From Chiloscyllium plagiosum (taxonomy: Eukaryota): a DNA stretch of 32,883 nucleotides. Positions 23,856 to 32,883 of this stretch are shown here, in pieces. Numbering within the stretch: position 1 is the first letter of the stretch; each line of letters begins with the position of its first letter. The notes under the pieces are model-generated. The model was not told the origin of the DNA. It made no database searches and saw only the letters and a list, made by a program, of their open reading frames with translations. The stretch covers positions 1-32,883 of the forward strand of contig NW_025214430.1 in assembly GCF_004010195.1 (NCBI RefSeq), in the 5' to 3' direction. Both the position numbers and the translations under genes were made by a program.

Positions 23856-23872
23856 TGGCGTTAGTCGGCAGG
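23856..23872 (+). promoter_or_regulatory. Primer-binding site complementary to the tRNA-Ser 3' end
   Basis: TGGCGTTAGTCGGCAGG versus the recalled tRNA-Ser(AGA/TGA) PBS TGGCGTAGTCGGCAGGAT (one extra T). It lies 3 nt after the LTR. Confidence 0.8.
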
Positions 23873-24560
23873 CCCTTTTTGTCTCTCAACACGGTAAGCA
23901 ATCCTGATAGTTCAAATTTAGCCCAATTCAGACCTGGCGGCCAGCCCTGCCCTGCAAGTCAGACCAGAGAAAGACTGGACGACTGCGGAGGGTGGTCACA
24001 ATTCTGATCTAGTGACCGTGGCGAATTGGATTCAGCTATCACAGACTTGGCCTGTGGAGGTAGTCTAGTAAACGAATAAATTAATCACCAAATTTTAACT
24101 AGTTGGCAGTCGGCTACTGCGACAATTCAGAATTGAGTAACCTTAGACTTGGCCTGGGGAGGTAGTCAGGGGGACTCCTAAATTCATTAACTACATTTTA
24201 AAAGAAACAACAATTTGGCCCACATGTGATCCAACTTGCGCCAGGATTTGTGTAACGATGCTGATCCAGCCAGGGGAAAGATGGTCAGGCAGAGAAAGTA
24301 TGGCAAGCCAGAAGCAGAGATTCGCAGGTTAAATTTTCGCTTTAATATTGAGAAATCCACAGCTTGTGGGAAATTGACATGGGTCCTGCTGTCTTGTGTT
24401 TGTCCTGTGTTTGTCTCTGTCTGTTTGTCCTGTTTGTTTCTGTGTTTGTCAGTGCTGCAGTCTGTTCTCTATTCCCAGCCTGAACCAGAGGTCAATCAGG
24501 TTGTGGGACCCCAACCCCCGGGTTACGCTAAGAGTGTAGGGTAGGGAATATCCCATTTAT

Positions 24561-24794
24561 GCTGAAAAATGTGTTGCTGGAAAAGCGCAGCAGGTCAGGC
24601 AGCATCCAAGGAGCAGGAGAATTGACGTTTTGGGCATAAGCCCTTCCTCAGGAATGAGGAGAGTGTGCCAAGCAGGCTAAGATAAAAGGTAGGGAGGAGG
24701 GACTTGGGGGAGGGGCGTTGGGAATGCGATAGGTGGAAGGAGGTTAAGGTGAGGGTGATAGTCCGGAGAGCGGGTAGGGTGGAGAGGTCGGGAA
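24561..24794 (-). mobile_element. Penelope-derived repeat inserted in the ERV leader
   Basis: Same family as 25895-26674. Flanked by a ~15-bp duplication gaatatcccatttat (24546-24560) / gaataccccgtttat (24795-24809). Confidence 0.75.
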
Positions 24795-25894
24795 GAATAC
24801 CCCGTTTATACAGGTCACCAGCCAATACAGTTTGGGAGCAGAATAGGGAAGGTAGGTTCCGCGACCCTTTGTGGCCTGAGTTTAGATAAGTTTAGGGAAG
24901 TGGTCAGCACACCCGCCCCCCTCCCCCCAAACCCTTAAATTAAAATCACGGAGTCCGGAAATTTCTGAAAAACAAAGGACCCCTCCCAGCCCCCTTCCCT
25001 CAGTACCCCACACTTACCTTGTTGCTGAGGAACTTGATCCTGGGGCGAGGTTGGGATGAGGTGGCTGAGTTACAGGGCAGCAGAGACAGAGAGAGACTGA
25101 CCAGCAGCCTGTCAGAATTCATGTTAGTACCCAACAGCGTCCTAGTGCCTGGATGCACTTGTTCAGTCAACCTCGGAGAAACTTTTGACTCTTTGTGTTG
25201 GGCCTTGCATGCACATTTGCTTGCGGGTGATTGAATGTCTGTTTCAATCCCTGCAGCTCAAGATCCAGAGGTGACTTGATTTATTTTGCATTTGGTGATC
25301 TATGATGGTTTTTCTTTTAAGGAACCATCAGTGCTCATGAAATGAAAGTTCTGCCTAAGTTTTATTAATAAAGTATTAACGCCTCCACCTTTCTCTGCTT
25401 GTTCTGTAGTCACTGAGGGCTTGTCTCAGTGTCAGGTGTCCCATCTGGCTGTGTTTGTTCTGTGTTTAAGTGTTTGTTTACTTTGTGGTCAGCGATTACA
25501 CACTTGATTACCCTTTATTGCCTAACCTGTCAATCACTCCCTGTCTGTGTGTTCTGTGAGTGCTCTCTCTTGCTCTCTCTCTTTCTCTGAGCACAGTACT
25601 TAGAAATCAACTCAGGACATCCAGGATGCCATGGGGGCACAGAAATTCACCCTCTGTCGGGAGATGCCAACTGTGGGAGCTGGGCAACCCCAACCATGTG
25701 GTGAGAATGGCCCAGGGCCGAAAATGAACAAGTGTCCAGAAAAGACATGGTAAATATGTGAACTTCAAGCCTAAGGTAGGAGATGTTCTTGTTACACCTG
25801 GGCCACCAGCAGACACCCTGCCAAAAGACACAGGGGAGAGCCATTACATTATCCCCTTCACAGGGGACCTTTACATCTGGTCCCAAGGAAATTA

Positions 25895-26674
25895 TTTGAG
25901 GAGAAAGTGAGGTCTGCAGATGCTGGAGATCAGAGCTGAAAATGTGTTGCTGGAAAAGCGCAGCAGGTCAGGCAGCATCCAGGGAACAGGAGAATAGACG
26001 TTTCGGACATAAGCCCTTCTTCAGGAATGANNNNNNNNNNNNNNNNNNNNNNNNNNNNNNNNNNNNNNNNNNNNNNNNNNNNNNNNNNNNNNNNNNNNNN
26101 NNNNNNNNNNNNNNNNNNNNNNNNNNNNNNNNNNNNNNNNNNNNNNNNNNNNNNNNNNNNNNNNNNNNNNNNNNNNNNNNNNNNNNNNNNNNNNNNNNNN
26201 NNNNNNNNNNNNNNNNNNNNNNNNNNNNNNNNNNNNNNNNNNNNNNNNNNNNNNNNNNNNNNNNNNNNNNNNNNNNNNNNNNNNNNNNNNNNNNNNNNNN
26301 NNNNNNNNNNNNNNNNNNNNNNNNNNNNNNNNNNNNNNNNNNNNNNNNNNNNNNNNNNNNNNNNNNNNNNNNNNNNNNNNNNNNNNNNNNNNNNNNNAAT
26401 CCATCGAATTCAGCACCGCCTTCCTAACCTGCAATCTTCTTCCTGACCTCTCCGCCCCCACCCCAGTCTGACCTATCACCCTCACCTTGACCTCTTTCCA
26501 CCTATCACATTTCCGACGCCGCTCCCCCAAGTCCCTCCTTCCTATCTTTTATCTTAGCCTGCTGGACAAACTTTCCTCATTCCTGAAGAAGGACTTATGC
26601 CCGAAACGTCGATTCTCCTGTTCCCTGGATGCTGCCTGACCTGCTGCGCTTTTCCAGCAACACATTTTCAGCTC
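25895..26674. mobile_element. Penelope-derived element with inverted terminal repeats inserted in the ERV (gap 26031-26397)
   Basis: 25934-26030 is the reverse complement of 26578-26674. Perfect flanking duplication tcccaaggaaatta at 25881-25894 and 26673-26686. Confidence 0.8.
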
Positions 26675-26819
26675 CCAAGGAAATTAGCCATGTGGGTTGG
26701 GGTGGTGGGGTCCTTTAAATTTGGTAAAATAGATTCCTGGATCACAGCCATAACAGGGGGGGGGGGCACAGGGATCCCTCAGGGAACACTGTCCACATGT
26801 TGCAGTATCTCACCAAGTT

Positions 26820-27910
26820 TTGGGACATTGCCAAACACCATCAGCCCCCTAGGGTAAAAGACCGCTGCAATGAAACCCTAATGGCGGAGACCCCTACCAC
26901 CCCCAGATACTAACACCATACTCACTAGTATCCCTGCCTCTGCCACCTGCTTTTCTGTAATCGCTCTCTGCTCAGCCTTTTTCTCCATCAAGTTGTCTCC
27001 TGAGAGCCAGTACCTTCTCTCTTTTACATACGGCAGCTGCCAGTACACATGGGCCAGGCTTCTCCAGGGTTACACGGAGAGCCCCACAGTCTATGCCATT
27101 GCAGTACACCATACCCTCTCTACTTTACACCGGCCATGCAACAGCACTCTCCTGCAATATAGGGACAATTTGTTACTGGCCTCCACCTCCGCTGAATCAT
27201 GCATGCAGGACACTGTCACACTGTTCTGCTGTCGGACAAAAGATTGACACAGAATCTCCATGGAGAAAATGCAACTCTGCCAGCATACAGTACAGTACGT
27301 GGGGTACAAACTCTCACATGGCCTCAGGGCACTATCTATAGAGGGAGTCACAGCCATCACTCAGCTTCCCCAGCCAGCCACAAGAACTCAGCTGCAAGCT
27401 TCTTGGGGATGGTCAATTATTGCAGAGCTGGATCTCAGACCACCATGCCATTGTCAAGCCCCTACGGGAGGCATCCTCACCGGAGCAGCCAGCGAAAGTT
27501 ACCTGGATACCAAAGGTGGAACGGGCATTCACTGAATTAAAACAGTGACTGGTCTCTGCTCCTGCCCTGGGGGTCCCAGACTACACTCAGCCCTTCTATC
27601 TATGCTTCCAACAACTCCAAGGGGTTTGCATCCGGCATCCTAACACAGCTCCATGGGGCTCTCTGGTGCCCTGTATGCTGGCACGTTTGAGAGCTATGGC
27701 AGCAGCCACGGTAACAGTAGAGAAGGCCACTCTCATTGTGCTGGATCACCCATGCACTGTTTTGTTTCCCTATTCAGTCTCCCTGCTGCTAAATCCAGCA
27801 GCAACCCAACATTTCACTGCCACCCGGAGAACTGGTTATGAGGTCGCTTTACTGTCCAAAGCCAACCTGTCCCCTGCCCTGAACCCCACCATCTTGGTCC
27901 TGCAGGCCCC
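26820..27910 (+). pseudogene. pol: ERV pol: reverse transcriptase and tether remnant
   Basis: SAFFSIKL.PESQYLLSFTY, QYTWARLLQGYTESPT, LLQYRDNLLLA (decayed YVDD), FLGMVNYCR and LNPTIL. Multiple frameshifts. Confidence 0.9.
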
Positions 27911-28029
27911 CAGAATAGCAAAGTCCCCAGTATTCCCTGACCACAATGGAGGCATGCGAGCTGCCCAATAGACTGATCCATAGCAAGAAAAGGACAGTTA
28001 GGGCCCACATTGGGGCCATGCAGTCCCCT

Positions 28030-29046
28030 TCCTTACAGCTGCTAGTACACCCCGATGGCTGCACCATCTGCCCAAGAGCTCACCTACACATACTGGCCAG
28101 AGCAGCCAAAGGCATTGGCCACATGGGCAAGAGGGGCATGATGCACACTGTAACACGGTCCTGGTATGCACCGGGATTCGCTGCCGCTGCCCAAGCCCTG
28201 CTGTCGCAATGCCTCATCTGCCTGCAGAACAATGCAGGGAAGCCTGCTGCCAAATATGACCACCTGCCAGTTCCTGAAGGTCCTTTCAGCCACTTACAGA
28301 TTGTCGCCGCACACATGCCCCAGAAACAGGATAACATGTTCATCCTGGACATCATAGACATGTTCTCCAAATGGGTAGAAGCATTTTCCATGAAGAAGGA
28401 TGATGCATGTATGGTAGTAAAATGCCTCCAAAAGGATGTCATCCCTAGGTTCGGGGTTCCCGGGAGCATAGGGATGGACAGAGGGACTCACATCACGGCT
28501 AGGCTCACGACTGGCATTAGCGAGGCACTAGGGATACCATGGCGACACCACATCCCCTACCAACCCCAGTCATCAGGCATGGTCGAACAGATGAATGGCA
28601 CCCTTAAAACCACACTGACCAAGATTACCCAGGACACAGGACTGACCTGGCCATTTGCCCTGTACACCATATGTGCGCAGACAAACTGCACAATTGGGCT
28701 CACCCCTTTTGAAGTCCTTATGGGGCAACCTATGCTCACTGCTACCAGATCCCCAAACCTCAGCACAGACACAGCCCTTCTCCTGACACAAGAGGTCCTG
28801 TTAGATCATGTCCACGCCCTTAGCAGGAGTATTAGTGTTACACACAACCAGGTCAGGGCTGCATTGCCCAAACCTAAATCAGTGCCCATTCATCTGTTCT
28901 GACATGGGGACTATGTCATGAAAAACTCACTAGAAAAGGACTCTCTCTTCCCTAGGTGGTAAGGCCCATACCTGATCCTGATGATGACCCAGTCAGCTGG
29001 GAAAGTATAAGGACGGCCTGAATGAACCCATGCCACCCGCTGCAAG
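28030..29046 (+). pseudogene. pol: ERV pol: integrase with GPY/F module remnant
   Basis: Remnant HHCC (H.G...CLIC), PFSHLQIV (first catalytic D appears lost), IDMFSKWVEAF, IPRFGVP..I.MDRG and YQPQSSGMVEQMNGTLK. Past the stop at 28900 the same frame reads GDYV...PRW*GPYLIL...*THATRCK. Confidence 0.92.
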
Positions 29047-29472
29047 ACGGTTCCTCCACCAATGAACAGGGACCAGACAGAAGAAGAAGCCACTCCAACC
29101 ACCAAGGATGGATGCAGCTGTTCCGCCTGACCTGTCTGACCATCACACTGTGGCTTGCTAGTAAACAGGGACAAGGAGGGAGGCATTTGTATGCCTGTAA
29201 GCAATACTACTGCCCTCTGCCCCGCCTCTCACCATGCAGCTAGCACAGATCCACTGGGAGAATGTCCCTGCCCCTGAGATATGATTTGGAGATCCCGGTG
29301 TTGGACTGGGGTGTGTATGGTTGGGGATCGGACGGTGCTGGGTTGTGGTCCAATGGGTTTGTTTGGGGGCACTGGTTTTCAGGGCACTGCTCCTGATACC
29401 GAGCCCCCCCACCTGACAATCCTCTTGGCTCCGGCAACATTGCCCCCTTCTCACCCCGCCCCTAGGTAAAAC

Positions 29473-29487
29473 AAAAGAGAGGGGGAA
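29473..29487 (+). promoter_or_regulatory. Polypurine tract
   Basis: AAAAGAGAGGGGGAA immediately before the 3' LTR. Confidence 0.85.
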
Positions 29488-29488
29488 T

Positions 29489-30179
29489 TATGGGTAAAGA
29501 TCTGCACCCTGCCAACCCATAATAGGCCCACACAGAACATAGGAAAGCAAATTTGGCCAAACTATACCAGAAATACCCAGAATGCCTCAGCAGGGACCAA
29601 GCAGGCTGACAAGTGATACCAGACAGCACTCGCAGACAAGGGGATACACTCCCCAACACCCACTAACAATGACAGAGCACCACTGCAATCCCAAAGCCCG
29701 AGGGCAGTTCACAATCCAGCAATACCAAAGCCACACAAAGAACAGGTCAGACAGAGAGGAACCACGAAATGCATAGCTCCCAGGACAGGAACAATGGAGG
29801 AAAGTTACTCACCTACCCGGGAAGAGGACTGGAAGCTCCGGACCCATTGATACTGTCAGGATGTTACATTGTATCGAGAATCAGGACATTCATCCGATAA
29901 CTGTTTTCCGATTATCATCATTGTAACGTGATTACTCCATTTCCAGATACATTGCATCACCCCCCATTTCTAATTAACCCTTTTGTACAAGATCATTATA
30001 AAACCCGGCTTCTTCCTCAGCTCGAGGAAGAGAACCCTTGATCTACCTGTACAGGCTGTCAGTTCTGTGTCAGCCTCGTCAATTTCTCTTCCAGTGATAT
30101 CACTTGTAATAAACAGCTTGTCAATTTCACCCGATCTGCTTTGTGTGGTCTCGGCTTTATTGGGCTAATTTCTCCAACA
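29489..30179 (+). repeat. 3' LTR
   Basis: Direct repeat of 23167-23852; ends ...tctccaaCA. Confidence 0.92.
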
Positions 30180-31124
30180 ACACCAAAATTGGAGGTGTAG
30201 TGGACAGCAAAGAAGGTTACCTCAGATTACAACAGGATCTTGATCAGATGGGCCAATGGGCTGAGAAGTGGCAGATGGAGTTTAATTCAGATAAATGTGA
30301 GGTGCTGCATTTTGGGAAAGCAAATCTTAGCAGGACTTATACACTTAATGGTAAGGTCCTAGGGAGTGTTGCTGAACAAAGAGACCTTGGAGTGCAGGTT
30401 CATAGCTCCTTGAAAGTGGAGTCGCAGGTAGGTAGGATAACGAAGAAGGCGTTTGGTCTGCTTTCCTTTATTAGTCAGAATATTGAGTACAGGAGTTGGG
30501 AGGTCATGCTGCAGCTGTACAGGACATTGGTTAGGCCACTTTTGGAATATTGCATGTAATTCTGGTCTCCCTCCTATAGGAAGGATGTTGTGAAACTTGA
30601 AAGGATTCAGAAAAGATTAACAAGGATGTTGCCAGGGTTGGAGGATCTGAGCTACAGGGAGAGGCTGAATAGGCTGGGGCTGTTTTCCCTGGAGGATTGG
30701 AGGCGGAAGGGTAACCTTATTGAGGTTTATAAAATCGTGAGGGGTATGGATAGGATAAATAGACAAAGTCTTTTCCCTGGGGTGGGGGAGTCCAGAACTA
30801 GAGGACATTGGTTTTGAGAGAAGAAAGATATAGAAGAGACCTAAGGGACAGCTTCTTCACAAAAAAGGTGGTATGTGTATGGAATGAGCTGCCAGAGAAA
30901 GTGATGGTACAATTACAACAATTAAAAGGCATCTGGATGGGTATATGAACAGGAAGGTTTTAGGGGGATAATTGCAAGGTGCTGCAAATGGGACTAGATT
31001 AATTTGGGATATCTGGTCAGTATGTACATGTTGGTCCGAAGGATCTGGTTCCACACTGTGCATCTCTAAGATTCTATGATTCTATGTTTAATTTAAACAT
31101 GGACTGTTTTCCACACACACTTTT

Positions 31125-32883
31125 GCCAAGAGATGCGGGGGAGGAGCAAAGGACTTTTGGGAAGTCATATATTTGTGTGATTGCGTTACCCGAAACACTA
31201 CTCGGGTAGTGTCTCCCACCCATCCTCCTCCTCTAACCAAAGCAAAAAGGTTCTGTGTGCCAGATTGGTAAGGTAATCAGTTTATTTTTTATTCCTTATT
31301 TTTCAACAGTCTCTTTGAGAATTTAGAATCATGGGAATGGAGGTTACGGCAGTTGAATGTTCCTCCTGCAGAATGTGAGAGGTAAGGGTCACCACTAGTG
31401 TCCCTGCTGACTACATCTGCGGGAAGTGCACCCAACTCCAGCTCCTTGAAAACCGCGTTAGGGAACTGGAGTTGGAGCTGGATGAACTTCGGATCATTCG
31501 GGAGGCAGATGGAGTTATTGAGAGGAGTTACAGGGAGGTAGTCACTCCCCATATACAAGAAAAAGGCAGATGGGTTACAGTCAGGCGATGGAAAGGGAGC
31601 TGGCAGGCAGTGCAGGGATTCCCCGTGGCCATTCCCCTCAACAATAAGTATACCATTTTGGATACTGTTGGGGGGGGGGGGGACTTACCAGGAGAAAGCA
31701 GTGGGGCACCTGCTGCTCAGAAGGGAAGGGGGAAGAGAAGCAGTGCAATGGTCAATGGGGACTCCATAGTTAGGGGGACAGTTGGAGGTTCTGTGGGGAC
31801 GAGAGAGACTCACGGTTGGTGTGTTGCCTCCCAGGTGCCAGGGTTCGTGATGTCTCTGATCGTGTTTTTGGGATACTTAAGGGGGAGGGGGAGCAGCCCC
31901 AAGTCATGGTTCACACAGGCACCAACGACATAAGTAGGAAGAGAGAGGGGGATTTAAGGCAGAAATTCAGGGGGCTAGGATGGAAGCTTAGAGCAAGAAC
32001 GAACAGAGTTGTTGTCTCTGGTTTGTTGCCCGTGCCACGTGCTAGTGAGGTGAGGAATAGAGAGCGAGAGGAGTTGAACACGTGGCTACAGGGATGGTGT
32101 AGGAGGGAGGGTTTTGGATTCTTGGATAATTGGGCTCTTTCTGGGGGAGGTGGGACCTCTACAAGCACGATGGTCTTCATCTGAACCAGAGGGGTACCAA
32201 TATTCTGGGGGGGAAATTCACTAGGGCTATTGGGGTGGGTTTAAACTAATCCAGCAGGGGGATGGGAACCAAAATTGCAGTTCGAGTATAGAGAGTAGGG
32301 AGGTCCGAAGTCAAGTTTCAGGGTCGCAAGATGGCACCGGCAAGCAAGAAGTTGGTTTGAAGTGTGTCTACTTCAACGCCAGGAGCATCCGGAATAAGGT
32401 GGGTGAACTTGCAGCATGGGTTTGTATCTGGGACATCAATGTTGTGACCATTTCGGAGACATGGATAGAGCAGGGTCAGGAATGGTTGTTGCAGGTTCCA
32501 GGATTTAGATGTTTCAGTAAGAACCGAGAGGATGGTAAAAGAGGGGGAGGTGTGTCAAGGACAATATTACAGCTGCAGAAAGGATTTTGGGGACTGGTCA
32601 ACTGAGGTAATATGGGCTGAGGTTAGAAACTGGAAAGGAGAGGTCACCCTGTTGGGAGTTTTCTATAGGCCTCCAAATAGTTCCAGAGATATACAGGAAA
32701 GGATAGCAAAGATGATTCTCGATAGGAGTGAGAGAGAGACAGGGTAGTTGTCATGGGGGACTTCAACTTTCCTAATATTGACTGGGAACACTATAGTATG
32801 AGTATTATAGATGGGTCAGTTTTTGTCCAGTGTGTGCAGGAGGGCTTCCTGACACAATATGTAGACAGGCCAACAAGGGGCGA
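31125..32883 (+). mobile_element. 5' part of a CR1 LINE (ORF1 and start of ORF2), continuing beyond the window
   Basis: ORF1 from ATG 31331: CSSC...CGKC, zipper LLENRVRELELELDEL, esterase GDSIVR / CLPGARVRD / VHTGTND. ORF2 APE motifs YFNARSIRNK, ISETW, FYRPP and MGDFN. Stops and frameshifts present. Confidence 0.92.

Larger units (their letters stand above)
23167..30179 (+). mobile_element. Endogenous retrovirus provirus (class I, gamma/epsilon-like pol), defective
   Basis: Paired ~690-bp LTRs, PBS, PPT, RT and integrase remnants. It splits a CR1 RT exactly at FADD|TK. Confidence 0.93.
21965..31084 (+). mobile_element. 5'-truncated, 5'-inverted CR1 LINE interrupted by an ERV at 23167-30179
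   Basis: RT motifs PEDWRLANVVPLFKKG, NYRPVSLTS and VPQGLVLGP. KFADD at 23151-23165 resumes as TKIGGVVDS at 30182. Tail (ATTCTATG)n at 31071-31086. Segment 21965-22150 is CR1-like on the minus strand. Confidence 0.92.

Overview
This is vertebrate genomic DNA, almost certainly from a shark, judged by HE1/V-SINE-like, SacSINE-like and esterase-bearing CR1 repeats. It contains four assembly gaps. Two host genes meet tail-to-tail. HSD17B8 (+) contributes its last two coding exons (94-168 and 13234-13250), separated by a ~13 kb repeat-filled intron. BBS10 (-) contributes its large second coding exon (16170-14106); its exon 1 was not found in the window. Their candidate polyA signals (13877-13882 on +, 13861-13866 on -) are crossed, which predicts overlapping 3' ends. 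The BBS10 intron holds a ~93-copy 35-bp minisatellite, a 36-bp tandem array, and a nested transposon stack: a 5'-inverted CR1 LINE containing a ~7 kb class-I-like endogenous retrovirus. The retrovirus has near-identical LTRs, a tRNA-Ser PBS, a decayed and deleted pol and no full env, and it carries two Penelope-derived inserts with hammerhead-ribozyme-like motifs. No database search was possible, so family names are recognitions from recalled motifs.
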